NCBI RefSeq assembly: GCF_009914755.1
Contig: NC_060937.1
DNA from: the human T2T-CHM13v2.0 reference genome, Homo sapiens
Length of the DNA stretch: 64,000 bases
Direction: 5' to 3' (one strand)
Part shown: one piece after another, positions 32,667 to 47,768 of the stretch
Numbering within the stretch: the first letter of the stretch is position 1
Layout: each line of letters starts with the position of its first letter
The notes under the pieces: generated by a model
Databases searched by the model: none
Told to the model about the DNA's origin: nothing
What the model saw: only the letters and a program-made list of their open reading frames with translations
Program-made: the position numbers and the translations under genes

Positions 32667-32868
32667 TATGTTAGTTTGCTGGGGCTTCCATAACAAAGTA
32701 CCACGGGCTGTGTGGCTTAAACAATAGATATTTACTTTCTCACAGTTCTAGAGCCTGGAAGTCCAAGGTCAAGGTGCCAGCAGGACTGGTTTCTTCTGAG
32801 GCCTCTCCCCTTGGTTTGTAGACAGCTGTCTTCTCCCTGAGTCCTCACCTCGTCTTCGCTCTGTACGT
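32667..32868 (-). mobile_element. MLT1-type LTR fragment
   Basis: ttagtttgctggggcttccataacaaagtaccac...tctcacagttctagagcctggaagtccaaggtcaagg. Confidence 0.8.
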
Positions 32869-32948
32869 GATATAGTGAGGAACAATTATTCAAAGAACAG
32901 CTAACTCCTCATCAGAAACAACAAGGCCAGAGGAGAGTGGAATAATAT

Positions 32949-33243
32949 CTTTTTTTTTTTTTTTTGACAGAATTTAGCTTTGTCACCCAGGCTGGAGTGC
33001 ATTGGCGCCATCTCAGGTCACTGCAATCTGCCTCCTGGGTTCAAGTGATTCTCCTGCCTCAGCCTCTCGAGTAGCTGGGACTACAGGTGCCCACCATCAC
33101 ACCCGGCTAATTTTGTACTTTTAGTAGAGATGGAATTTGCACCATGTTGGCCAGGCTGGTCTTGAACTCCTGACCTCAGGTAATCTGCCTGCCTCGGCCT
33201 CCCAAAGTACAGGGATTACAGGCGTGAACCACCGCACCCGGCC
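32949..33243 (-). mobile_element. Alu (S-like)
   Basis: poly(T) and antisense dimer ending cacccggcc. Confidence 0.95.
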
Positions 33244-33494
33244 TTAAATATTAATTATTAAACACTTTAATTAAAAGGCAAACATTATCAGAGTGGACTT
33301 CAGAATGCAAAGCCCACTGTATGCTGTCCTCAGGAGCTCCCCTTCAGATATAAAGAGTGGGCTAAGAACCAGTGATGACGAAGGATACACCATACAAATA
33401 ATTAGCTTGAGAACGCTGGACTATCAGCTGTCCCAGTCTCAGTAGACTTCAAGGCAGAGAATTAAGAGAAACAAAGACACATTTCATAATGTCT

Positions 33495-34238
33495 GAGGAA
33501 AAAAAATTCTGTTTTTCCCTACTCTTACACAATGCTATTGAAACCAAACGGGGTGTTTTTCACCCACATCAACCAACCTCCAGTGCTCCAGACACCAATG
33601 CAACGTCCTAAAACTCAGTCATGGTATTACTTGGAGCTAGTGGGACCCCGTGGGTTGAGGGCTCAGTCCTGCAAGACTGCCTCCACTTCAGACACCAGTT
33701 TCAAGCAGTGGGTCCCCAAGTGACCACTTCTGTCCAATGTAAATGCATATTAGGGTTTCCCACGAACCCCTCTTCAGGTTTCATAGTTTGCTGACAGCTT
33801 ACAGCACTCAGGGAAACACTTACGTTCACTGACGTATTATAAAGACTATGGATGAATTCTCAGATGAAGAAAGTTGCCAGTGCAGGAGCTGGGGTGCACC
33901 CGCAACAACCCACCTGCAAGCATGTGGGGTTGCTCACCAAATCGGAAGCTCTCCGAACCTCCTAGTTGGGGATTTCACCAAGGTCTCGTCACGTGGGCGT
34001 CATCAGTTATGAGCTCCATCTCCAGCTCCCCCGGGAGGTTGGAGCTGAGAGTTCCAGGCTTCTCATGACGGCTCGGTCTTTTCCGGTGACCAGCCCCTCT
34101 CCCACAAGCCACCAAGAATCACCTCATTAGAACAAAAGGTGCTCCTATCACCCCAGAAATTCCAAGGAATTAGGGGCTCTGTGCCAGGAACTGGGGACAA
34201 AGACCAAATATATATTTCTTGTTATTTCACAATATTAC
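33495..34238 (-). mobile_element. MER21-like LTR
   Basis: agggctcagtcctgcaagactgcctccacttcagacacc...gccaggaactggggacaaagaccaaatatatatttcttgttatttcaca. Confidence 0.75.
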
Positions 34239-34419
34239 ATCTCAAATTAATTTCGCAAATGAGGCAGAAAGGTGAAAACCCGTGCCTTGGTCACTAGAAA
34301 TGGAACTAGGAGGAAAAGATGAGGGAGAAAGTGCAGCTGTGTGACTCTTAGACAGATGTTGCTCCTTGATAGATCACAATTCAGCCCAGAGCCTTGAAAC
34401 TTCTTGGTCAGAAACTTGC

Positions 34420-34910
34420 AGCCTTATAGAAAATTTGCAAAAAAAGTACAAAGAATATCCAATCCTTTCCTCGACTCATTTACTGTTAACATTTTGCCCT
34501 ATTTGCTTTAGCATTTGTTTTGCTCTCTCATCTGATATATAGTATATAAAATGTGTAAATATATACATAAAAAGGAATAAAATATCCTATATAAATATAT
34601 ATTTTCCCCTAAGTTATTTGAGAATAAATTGTGTATGTTGTGGCCTCTGAATGCTTTATTTAGCCTCTGAACATTTACCTTCTAAATATTTCAGTGTCTT
34701 TCCTAAAACCAAAGACATTCTCTAACATAACCACAGGACAGCTATCAATTTCAGTAAATTTAACATTGATAAAATATTTTTATCTAATCTACTGCCTGTG
34801 TTCCAGGTTCACCACAGACTGATAATGTCCTTCAGTGTCCTCTTTCCCCCAGCACAGGATCTATTCTAGGATCATAGATGGCTTTTAATTTTCTTGTTTT
34901 TTAATCCTCA
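34420..34910 (-). mobile_element. Old L1 (L1MC/ME-like) 3' fragment
   Basis: AT-rich, ttaacattttgccctatttgctt...aagacattctctaacataaccacag. Confidence 0.55.
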
Positions 34911-37289
34911 GCCTTCCTGTCTTTGATGGCATCAGTGCGGTGTTTGCTTTAATGATAATACAGAATGTGTTTATGGCATTGGAGCTATTCCTCTGGTGAG
35001 AAGAAGAGAGCCAGAGTCAGGGGCTTCTAGGGTGGGGCAGGCACCCCCCCCAACCCACCGCAACTCTCTCCAACCCAGCAGAGCACCAAGCATCAACAGC
35101 CCTCACCTGTGACCCCTCCCCTAACTCTTCCTTGAATCCATTACAGGACCCGCAGGGCAGACAGTCTGCAATCACAAGGCATGGATCTCGTCTCATGCAG
35201 GGCAGCCTGTCCCTTGCTCCCACTTTCTGCCCACAGGTGTCAGAGGAAGGGAGGAAAAGAAAGAGGACTTCTGGGACCCCAAGACCCCCACCCCAGGCTT
35301 AGAGGAGGCAGGAGTCAGCAATGCCATTCTTGATAGCCCAGGTATCCTGGATGTCAAAGAAACAGAAAGACAGGCTCTGAGAACAGGAGACTCCTTCACG
35401 TTCTCCCGTCCTACAGCCACGTGTGCTCCCACCCTGACAGAGATTTGTGGAGTTCAGACTCCAATCCTCGGCTTATCTGAAACAGTCAGAGAGAACCGTG
35501 TGCGATCTGCCAGAGGAAAACATTCAAAACCAGTTTTTAGGTGGTACTTAAGTTATTTCAGGCTATCTGAACTCTGGGCTAATCCCAGTTATTTCAGAAT
35601 TTGAAAATCTTCAAAAGAACAAAAGAAAGCCCTAGAGGCATTACAGATAATTATAATAAAACATGAGTGACATTTTTAATTGCAAAATTGCTCAAGAAAT
35701 AGCATCTTCAAAGTGGGAATTGATCTATAGCTGATACTGACTATTGCTTATGGTTGCTTCCAAATTATATTCTGCCCCTGACGTTTTTCCGATGGAAAAA
35801 TCAACATCTCTTTCAAAGATCGAATATTGTGTTTTCCTTAATTGAGCATCTAAATGATTTGCCCCTTCCAGTGGGTTCTTTTTCTGTCTTCATTCACCAG
35901 CCGGCTTCCATTTCTATTCTGCAGCGCTGCTTGCTAGCAGTTTCTGTCAAGCCAGTGCTCAAAGTTTGTCAATTACTCATGCAAATGAGCTCGGTTGCCA
36001 ATCCAGAATTGGAAGAACTGGGTTTCCCTTTTTATTTTAAGATTGTGCTAGAGTGCAGGGAAAACCAGCTGTGTCCGTCAGAATGCTTTCAGCTGCAAGG
36101 GACAGAGAACCTCATGAGGGGAGCTCGGCCAGTCGGGAGAACGGGTCACCTCGAGTCACAAGTCCGGGGGGAGTGCAGGTCTGGGGACCCCAAGGAATTC
36201 AGGGGCCACAGACACCACAATTCTTCCCTGTCTCTGCTGTAGAATCCAGTCTCTCTCCTCCAAGGGGTGCAGCTGAGGAACTCAGAGAGCAGATTGACCC
36301 CGCCGATCCCGGCTGCAGGACTAGCAAGGGCTTCATCTGCAGGTCCCATCCCCTCCAGGGAGGATGGGGATGACAGCCAATGCCCTCGGGTGCGCACCAT
36401 GGCCAGGACACTGCCCCAACACAGGCCATTCTTTTGATGACCCTGCGAACGTGCACGATGACTGACTCCCGTGTTACAGAGGAGGAGCCAGGAGCACGGA
36501 GACGTCAGGAGTCACCCAAGACCATGCAGCCCAGGAGCCAGGATCTGCTCTGCCTGTGCTTTGCACCGACAACCCTCACTGTCTGCACCTCATGGGGTTG
36601 TCTGGGTCCTGGGGTTTGTATGAGTAACACGCAGGCAGGCACATGGTCATGCTATCCACTGCCAGCTACCAGTTTTCCGAGCACTATCCCATTTCTTTCC
36701 TGGTTCCCAGCTTGTCCCCATGTGGCACCTGGAGGCCAAAGGCAAATCTGGGGCTGTGCATGACAAGGGCTCGGGTGGGAACTCCGCCCACAGACACACC
36801 CACCCTCCTGAGGCCCATGTCTGCTCTAGGGCGAGGCCCTGGCTTCCATTGGGTCCACGACAGGCAGGGCTCGAGGTGTCATTATTTCACCCCACAGCCC
36901 AACGTGCTTCTGTCAGTCGACGGTTTTTACTCCAGCGAGCAGCATCACCCTTAAAAAGGTGGCAGAAACATGGGAGATGGGTGGGAGGAGGGCAACAGAG
37001 CCACCGTCTGCTTTCATCGCCCAAGCGCAGCGGCTCTGCCACCTGGCAGCCAAGGCCATGCAAGATTTCGCAGGAGGAGCCCATGGCCGCGGGGAGGAGG
37101 AGTGGGCGCAGGAGCCCACGGAACAGGCCAGGCAGGAGGGAAGGAGGAGTGGGAGACCCAGGCCATTCTCCTTCCCACTTTGGCGCTGGCAGACAGATCC
37201 AAGGAGCTGCCGCCAGGGCGGCCTCCAGGCCCCCGAGAAGAATTCCTCAGAGATTTTGCAAAGCCAGGGTTTCCTTCACGCAGTGCCAC

Positions 37290-37806
37290 TGTCACAGGCG
37301 TTCGAACCAGAGCAACTCCATCTTGAGTGAGGGCTGGAAAATGAGGCTAGGCCTTGCTGGGCTGCATTCTTAGGAAGTCAGGCATTCCGAGCCTCTAGAT
37401 GTTTACAGTTCAGGGAACAAATTAACAATGTTTACTAAACAGACCCAGACTTGAGAGTGTCCAGATATCCCCATAACTGGAGAACAAAGGCATTCCTAAC
37501 TTTGCTTTAAAGCGAATAATATCTATTCTTGTAAAATATAGTAATTAAGAAACCTAATCCTTTATCACAAACCCTTGTAGCAGAGCACATCTCCCCATAT
37601 GAAGCAGCATTTTCCCAGGGTGGACGCGTCCCTCCTCTTACTTTCTGGAACGTTCTCCTCTGTCTATGGAGCAGCTGCACTTTCACCACTTTGCTTTCTT
37701 AATAAACTTGCTTTTACTTTGCCCTGTGAACTCGCCCTGAATTCCTTCTCGCGCAAGACCCAAGAACCCCCTCTTGGGGTCTGGATTGGGACCCCGTCCT
37801 GTAACA
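37290..37806 (+). mobile_element. MER41-family (C/D-like) ERV1 5' LTR
   Basis: tgtcacaggcgttcgaaccagagcaactccatcttg start; aataaa at about 37701; ends gggaccccgtcctgtaaca. Confidence 0.85.
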
Positions 37807-37812
37807 TATTTC

Positions 37813-37831
37813 TGGCGACCACAGAAGGGAT
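37813..37831 (+). other. Retroviral primer-binding site (tRNA-Arg-like)
   Basis: tggcgaccacagaagggat 6 nt after the LTR end, close to TGGCGACCACGAAGGGAC. Confidence 0.7.
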
Positions 37832-38234
37832 GATAGTGCAGAATCCCTGAGCTGATGGCCACCTGAGGGTGCGTGGTGGGTCCTGCAGCACCCCTGCCTG
37901 CCCCACTGGCCACCTCTGCTGCAGGGGGCTTCAGCTGCCACCTCACAGCAGAAAACGTCTCGCCCTGGAAATGAAGTGGGTTCTGCAGGAACCAGGAAGA
38001 TTTTATTTGATTGCAGTGGTGAAGAGAGAAACGGTCAAAGCTGACTCTGGCACAGGACAGGCTTGGAGGGCGCCGAGGATGAGGTCGAACAGACGATCGC
38101 GTGTGCGCCTTGACCTTCCCTGTGCCCTTGCCCTGCCCTGCCCAGCACGATCTGGCCGCCGACATTCTACACGGATAGCAAATGAGGGTCTGAGTCTTCA
38201 TGTCTTTCCCCTGGAGCTACGCTTCCCACCTGGG

Positions 38235-38370
38235 AAGCTTTCAAAGCAAACTGGCTGGGACTCCACCCTCAGGTTTCCGATTCCATCACCTGGGGTGTGG
38301 CCCTGCCATGGTGTTTCCGACAAGTTCCCACGTGACGCGGCGAGGCCGGCTGCAAAGCTCTGCTCTGGGT
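38235..38370. mobile_element. MER5A-like hAT MITE fragment
   Basis: gctgggactccaccctcaggtttccgattcc...tttccgacaagttcccacgtgacgc. Confidence 0.5.
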
Positions 38371-39141
38371 CTTTGTTTTGCAGTTTGGAGTAGAAGCATC
38401 AACAACGCAGTTAAGCACCAATTCAATGACCCCCTATTTAGTACCTGGCATATTTTGTACTGGGCATGGGACTTGGTTATTGCGCCCCACGTAATTACAG
38501 GGTACAGTCCGGGCTGAGAGCCACTTCCCCAGGGATATACACATCCAGCCCCTGCCTAGGAGGTGTTCCTGGTGGATCTACCTCTTCCTTCAAGTTTACT
38601 GTTAAGGGGAGGGATGATTTTTATAGAGAAAGGAGAGTTTCGAAAATGCCAAGTCTCTTAGCTCAGTGTCCGTGCCAGACCCTGCCCTGCTCCAACAGCC
38701 CTAGGGCCCCTCTTTCCTGTTCCCTTCAGCCTCTGTTCTTGCTTTTTTGCTGAATCAGCAGAGCATAAAAGTGTCGTCAGATCAACTAGCATCTGCTCCA
38801 TGCTATGGCCATGTAGGTAGGCAGTGGCTTCTGTCCCACCAGCCACATGGCCACAGTCGTCCAGTTGCCCAGGAGGGGAAGGTGAGTGTAGTATGCTGTC
38901 ACCACCCTCAGCAGCCTCTCGCGCCACGTCCTGTGACTCGACCCGCATAGTCCTCCCCTCCCAGTGCCCCATCTGGAAATGTAACTCATCTGCCTCTCCA
39001 GGGACTAAAAATCTGATAAATTAATTTCCTTTTAAGATATAAGTGGATTGATAAAGCTTAGTACAGTTACCATCTTAGAGATGCCTCTATTCTGTTGGCC
39101 ATAGTACCTCCATGTTGAAAGCATGAAGATTCTGTAATGTA

Positions 39142-39592
39142 CATTGGGAGAGAATTCCCCACAGGTCTCTCACATTGCTGTGTGTCTTGCAGGCAAGGCA
39201 CTAACTGCCTTTGTCCAAAGCTGTCTTTTCCAGAATGACTGTATAGCAAACAGCCTTGAAAGATACAGATCGTTTCTCTCTGGAGCAAAGGGTAAGCATG
39301 TTTCCTGCCTATGATAAAAGATTTATATCTTCTGAGCTCAGGGTTTCTCTCTGTAATGCACCTGCTCTGTGTGGGGGCACCCACCTGTGCCCATCCACTT
39401 CCAGTACCCCATGGCACTGGAAGACAAGAGGAACTGCCGTAAAGATGCAGATGCCTGTGCTGCCTGTGCCACGAGTGACAGGCTTTTGTCTCTGACCTCG
39501 GAATCTCATGCCTCCTACAGAATCTCTGAAATGGGCAGGCTGATGTGTTAGCTCACAAGTGGTGAAATCTCAGTCTTTCACAGTTTCTGGCA
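39142..39592 (+). mobile_element. ERV1 solo LTR (MER67/MER31-like)
   Basis: ttgggagagaattccccacaggtctctcac...gtatagcaaacagccttgaaagatacagat...aaatctcagtctttcacagtttctggca. Confidence 0.7.
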
Positions 39593-39594
39593 CT

Positions 39595-40030
39595 ATGTTC
39601 ACACGGTGGATGATTACACAGCTGTCAGAATGAATGCACTGCAGTGAGACACAACATGGTAAAACTCAGCAACGCAATAGTAAGGCAAAAAGTAGTCTAA
39701 AACCACTACAGAAAGCATAATACCACGTTAGTAAAGTTAAGCACGTCTATATTAACACACTTTTTAGGAATACCTATGGGTGCAAAACTATTTTTTAAAA
39801 AGTGGAAGTGGGGAAGCAGGGACATGGGATTTGGGATGATGGTCAGCTGGGGGTGAAGAGCTAGGGGATGGTGCGGGAGCATGGGATCAGGTGCAGCCGT
39901 GTGGTTTAAGGCAGGTTACAGCCAAAATCCTGGCTTCTGTTTGGGTTGTAGACACTCCATCCACATTATCAAAATAAAACTAGTAGCTCACCGTATTGGC
40001 CAATGAATGAAACTGTACTATGTGAAGCAA
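39595..40030 (+). mobile_element. Old L1 (L1ME-like) 3' fragment
   Basis: tacacagctgtcagaatgaatgcactgcag...acaacatggtaaaactcagcaacgcaat, degenerate. Confidence 0.45.
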
Positions 40031-40630
40031 GGATTATTATTAATTTAGTTTGTTTACCTGAAAATAGTTAGATAAGGATGGACAGATAAATAGATTAAAT
40101 AAATAAATGCATGGATGAATAGACGGATGGATACATAAACAACAGACAAAAAGCTTGGCGGAAAACCTCCTTCCTGAGGAAGTTTCTTACTCAGGAACTC
40201 TTGTCCTTTCTTTTAATCTAAAGATGAAATGAGACATCTTATCGGGAATATTGGTTTAGAGGACTGAGTACCAATGCCACGTGGCAGCGCTTTTTTTTTT
40301 TTTTTTTTTTTTTTTTGCATAAACACCTGTGATAGCAATTTCTTACATTGCGCAGCCCGGAGACATCCTTCAAGTCCCCCAGTCTGGGCGTGGTCAACTT
40401 TGCTGTATGTTCAGGGAGACCCAGCCACAGCATTGAGGGAATTTCTAGAAAAACTCAACAGCTGACCTCTTTGCCTGGCTCCCTGAAGTCCCAAAGAGGC
40501 TGAGGGACCCTGGGAACAACTGGAATTGCGGGTTTCTCCCTTGGGTGTTCGCGGGCCTGGGCACAGCGCGATGGGAAACGCAGGTGCCGCCCACCCAGTC
40601 GGCAGTTCCGGACCTGCACGGCCGTGCACT

Positions 40631-40649
40631 CTGCCCCCAGGTGGCGCTC
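40631..40649 (+). promoter_or_regulatory. Candidate CTCF site in a CpG-rich patch (40500-40690)
   Basis: ctgcccccaggtggcgctc, close to the core consensus CCACCAG(G/A)(G/T)GGCGC. Confidence 0.55.
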
Positions 40650-40896
40650 TTGGGATCTGGCCCGCATGGCGGGGTCCTTTGGCTCAGCTTGTTCTGAGCC
40701 CCCAGAGCTTGAGCTGCCTGTGCCAATGTCCCCCTAAAAGGGATGCCAGTTTACAGACTTTTCTAGGCCTCTAGGCTTGAGGTAAATCTTACAAGTTAAT
40801 TTCCTTGAAAGACAGAATTGCTGTGGGTGAAGAAAGGCTTGTATGGCTTGTATGGCCTGAGCAGGGAATGAGGTGTGTAATTTAAAATTACTTCAT

Positions 40897-41212
<316 letters not shown>

Positions 41213-43178
41213 CTAGAAAATGAAATATCGACCGTTGAAATGTGGAGTTTCTGAGGCTACGCAGCCCAGGCCCTGGCTGGAGATTTGTGCTAATAAGCCT
41301 CGTGACCCTGGGCACAGCCCAGCTTTATCACCTTCCCTGTGGGTCAGATGCGGAGGCAGCAGCCAGTCTCCAAGTCTGCTTCCAGTGCTGAGATGCCGTC
41401 ATTCCTGCTTCCACACCACACCCTGGTCCTCGCTGCAGGTGTCCGTTTCCCAGGCCCCTGAAAGAGGAATTGGAAGATAAAGATTCTATTTCAGGCACGA
41501 TGACCGCTCTCTGATCCCTTCGTCTACACAGCAATTGCACACAACTCCTTTGAGGTTGTTGTTTTTCATCCATGGCCTTCGGTTCACGATGCCCATCACG
41601 CCCCCAGTCCAGGAGGATTCATTAGACAATGTCTGTGAAGGGCTGACCTCATCAAAGGGAAGTGCTATATGAATCCGAGGCATTAAAAATAGAAGTGAAG
41701 CCAGAAGATGTTTAATCTCAAGGGTAAACGTCTCCTGTGCTGCTCGATAAACCGCACGTGTTCAAAGAGGAGCAGGCAACACAATGCAAGGAGGAGGACG
41801 GCGTCTACACGGGAGTAAAAGCAGGCCAGCCCATCGGGCGCTGGAAGAAAAGGCACCCCCGTGCTTAGAGGCCCACTGATGACCAGAGGGGCTGTCCTGG
41901 GGCCCACATACGCAGGAGGTGAACAGCATCCCCGTGCCTTGCTCGGCGTTTCCGTGAGGTGTCAAGGCAGCCCTAAGCGGTGCATGTGCCCTGCAATGGG
42001 AAGGCGGGGTGGGGCCCTAACCTTCCCCTGGACCTTGGGCAAGCACTTCCTGCCTCTGAGTCCCATCTTGGAGAGGAGGGCTGGCCATACACTTTTCAGT
42101 TTGCACAAAGGCCTGTGATGCCTTTGCTGCATGAATTCCATCAAACCCATCCCTGCCTGAGAGGCGTCGGAGCACCGTGGCCAAGAACCCAGATCCTGGA
42201 GCCTTGGTTCAAATCTCACTTCTGTCACTTAATATTTCCCCCAATATTTTGTTAAGGAAAAATTTAAACATAGAAAAGCTGCCAGAATGGCTCAGTGAGC
42301 ACCTGCCCACCCGCCGCCTGCCCGCCACCCACTCCTACATGCTAGCAATGGACATTTTATCACATCTGCCCCCAGGTCCAATGCTCTGTCCACCAACCCA
42401 TCTTGCTTTCATGTATTTCAAATGAACTTTAGGCCAGGCAGCCTTCCTATCAGGAAGGCTGAGGCATTGGCCTCCCATGGCTGCTCCAGCAACATCTCCA
42501 AACCAACAAACAACTCTGCCCAAGAGCAACCAGAGTCGTGTGGATTTCACTTTACAAGTAAGATGCCAGATTAGGGAGAAGGATTACAAATGGGTAGGAA
42601 AGTCAGGGATGGTCCCTGTGTGCCTGAGTGCTGTCACTGAACAGCAGCGGGCATCCGTGATTCCGATGCCCACATCAGGGCCCTTCTGAGCACCAGGTAG
42701 GTGGCATGTCCAGCACTCCCAGACCCACCAACAGATGACTCGGAAAGGCTGGGCTTTTACTGAAACATCTGTACCAAGAAGTCATCTGCTAATAGTTTTC
42801 TTTGTCAGACTCTCTGTTTTCATGTTTCATCATGAGCAATCTCAGCGTTAGAGGAAGTTTGGAGAAAAATAACCCATTGCCCACACCTAACTATTTATGT
42901 TTATTTTTATTTATCTATTTTTTTATTTTTTTGCCGGGCCACTTCATGAGACCTCATGTAGTTCACCCTCGGCAACCTCAACATGTCTCTGAAAAACAAG
43001 GATGTTCTCCTGCACAGTCAAAGTACCATTCTCACACCTAAGAAAGTCAGTAACGATTCCTTAATACCATCTCCTATCGTGTCCAAATTCAGAATGTCCC
43101 CGTTGTCCCCACATGCCTTGTATTACAGAACCAGTCAAAGTTCATGCATTGTATTTTGTTTTTCTGTCTCTATTGCCT

Positions 43179-43502
<324 letters not shown>

Positions 43503-44257
43503 TAGAAAAATAATTTACTCTTTAAATTTGATTGGATTTTAACAAAAGTATGTTCATGCCTCCTCAATACATCTTCTATGAGAACTGCATACAGACATTC
43601 ACCTGTTCACAAGAAACTTTAGTAAATTATTTAAATGTTACTGTGCCCTCCCTGGATTGGACTTTGGAATTTGCCTTTCATTAACACACTACAGTCTGAC
43701 ATGGGGCTAAAATATAAACACTGTCTCTATTTTAAAATAAGTGATCCTACTTAAAATTAGCAAAATGGAACCCTGTTAGGCTGTGAAATGAAGTGCCCAG
43801 TTGGACGTCAAGCAAGTGCGGCCTCCCCATTGCCTGACCATCCACCAGTCTCCCTGGAGTGGTGGCTGCTGCATCTGACCCTGACTCAGATGTTAGTTGA
43901 CTCCAGAGTGTCCGGAGTTTGCCAGCTTCCTGTGTAGAGCCAGAGTGAGACGGGCAGGCAGCCAGGAACGCACCTGCAACAGATGCCCATTGGATGGAGT
44001 TTCTCTCCCGGCTTCCCTGCCCTGCTCCCGGAGTCTCCCAGGTCCTAGGCCCTCACTGCCTGAGGCCACAGCCCTGACCATGCATCAGCTTTTCCTCCCT
44101 GAGCTGTGCCAGAGCCCTGAGCCCACCTCGTACCCCCAGGATCCCATCCCTGTCCTCTGGCTTCAGGCTGGAAAGATGGCGGTGTCAGTGGCCCCCAAAA
44201 AGGTCATGTCCACTAGAAGCTGTGAATGTGACTTTATTTGGAAATAGGGTCTTTGTG

Positions 44258-44593
<336 letters not shown>

Positions 44594-44656
44594 TCACACT
44601 GAAGTAGGGTGAGCTTGGATGCAACCACCAGTGAGTGTCCTTAAAGGAAGGAAATT

Positions 44657-45589
<933 letters not shown>

Positions 45590-46114
45590 CTACACTTTGA
45601 CCTTGGGCATTCGGTCCCCAGAACGGTGAGAGAACGCACTTCTGTTGTGTATACTATGCAGTGTGTGACACTTTGTTACGGCAGTCCTAGGACATGAACT
45701 CAGGAGGCGTCAGTGACTGGCCAGGGTGTCCTTTCCAAGAAGGTTTTAAAGCAGGACAGTGTCTCAGCTCAGGAGGAAACATCTAAAATGGTGAAGGCGT
45801 CGGACCAGCTACTCAGCAGGAAGAAATCATATCTCAGAATGCAAGAAGAGAATTTGAGAAAACTGCTTTGATCTGCAGGTTTTGAAGGAACGGTGGGCAT
45901 TTTGATGTCACTTTTCTGAGCAACTGTGCTCAAGGCGACCATGTAGACATGGGAAGGCATAACTGTCTGTTTCTAAGCACTGCTGGTAACAGACACCCCT
46001 GATCAGACAACCCGATCATTCCTCATCCCAGACCTCCCCCTTTTCCCTGCTAAGGAGATGCTGGCCAGGGAAGAGGCGAATTCACTCAATAATTCAGCAA
46101 AATAACTCGATGAC

Positions 46115-46378
46115 TTTTTTTTTTTTTGAGACGGAGTCTCACTCTGTCACCCAGGCTGGAGTGCAATGGTGCCGGCTCGGCTCACTGCAACCTCCACTGC
46201 CTCCCAGGTTGAAGTGATTCTCCTGCCTCAGCCTCCTGAGTAGCTGGGACTACAGGAGCCCGTCACCACGGCTGGCTAATTTTTGTATTTTTAGTAGAGA
46301 CAGGGTTTCACCATGTTGGCCAGGCTGGTCTGGAACTCCTGACCTCAGGTGATCTGCCCACGTCGGCCTCCTAAAGTG
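46115..46378 (-). mobile_element. Alu, 5' end missing
   Basis: poly(T), antisense dimer ending at ctcctaaagtg. Confidence 0.93.
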
Positions 46379-47461
46379 ATTTAAAAAGGAAATATTCCCT
46401 CCTCCCCACTTTCATCTGGTTGTTCACATACTAATTCTGAGAAACACAGCCATTGCACTTTGATACTAATTATTCCATTTCTTACAATCTTTAACCAATA
46501 CTCTGACAAATTGTTAATTTAAGAAGAATTTGCAAAGCAAGTAACCCTACTATGTTTTTTAAAAGGCAGACAAGAAAAGAGTGTGTGAAAGTGTCTCTTA
46601 CTGTAACCTGCCCTGGAAGGGTAAGCCTTTTAAAATCACAGCCTAACACACCTGAATTCTGCATCGAGAACTTCAGCTTTCTGTGGTGTGTGACCGTATA
46701 ATACAAGCTACATATGGTGGTGACCTACCAGTTTGGGTTGAATTAAATATTGAAAGCAAACTCCAGAAATATCTAAAAGGAAACACACCAGCAATATTGT
46801 ATTGATTGTGGTAGGCTGCTTAATAATTAATTCCCTCACCTCAGTTTTTGAATGTCGTTCTGTTTATGCCTCAGTATCAAAAACAACTGAGAAAGGGGCC
46901 GCAGCTCCGGCCTTCATCTGCTATTGCAAATTCGGAGCAGGGTGCTACTGGGGGGTGGGGGAGTAAAGAGAACGGGCCCTTTCTTCGTGTGTCCACTTCG
47001 TAGGAACCCAGGCAAGAGTACCCAAGCAGACCTCTGCTTAAAGCAAAAACAGACTGAAGTTGTTTTCCCCTCAACACGGTGACCATCCCCAGGTTTAGCA
47101 GAGAGAATCTAAACAATGACCCTTGCAAACACAGCAAGGATACCGACAAACGCTGGAAAGCTCAGCTGTGGAGTTTTAGTCGTGGCTGAGTTTAGGTGGC
47201 CTTGCTTCAACGCCATCAGGGTTTTGAACACCGTCGGGGGGAAGACGCCAGTCTGCTCAAGTGGTGCCCAAACCAGAAATGCCAGTGTCATGTCCACGTT
47301 TCCACTTCTTCGGAGAAGGGACCTGTCTCACACGTCCAGCCAGAGCTTCTGAGCTGGAGATGCAACCCTGCGACAGAGAAGCCCTGGTTTGTAATCATAC
47401 CGAGCTTGGGCAAGGAGGCCGGAAAAGGTAGGTTCTATGTCTTGGGTGGGGCCTTGCTTAA

Positions 47462-47768
<307 letters not shown>

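Noticed and set aside
35965-35990. Octamer ATGCAAAT near a TTTGT Sox-like word
   Set aside because: Spacing does not fit the canonical Sox-Oct composite, and a single 8-mer is expected by chance in 64 kb.
36720-38393. Overlapping ORFs of 170-217 aa
   Set aside because: GC-rich DNA with few stops, partly LTR-derived; no coherent protein.
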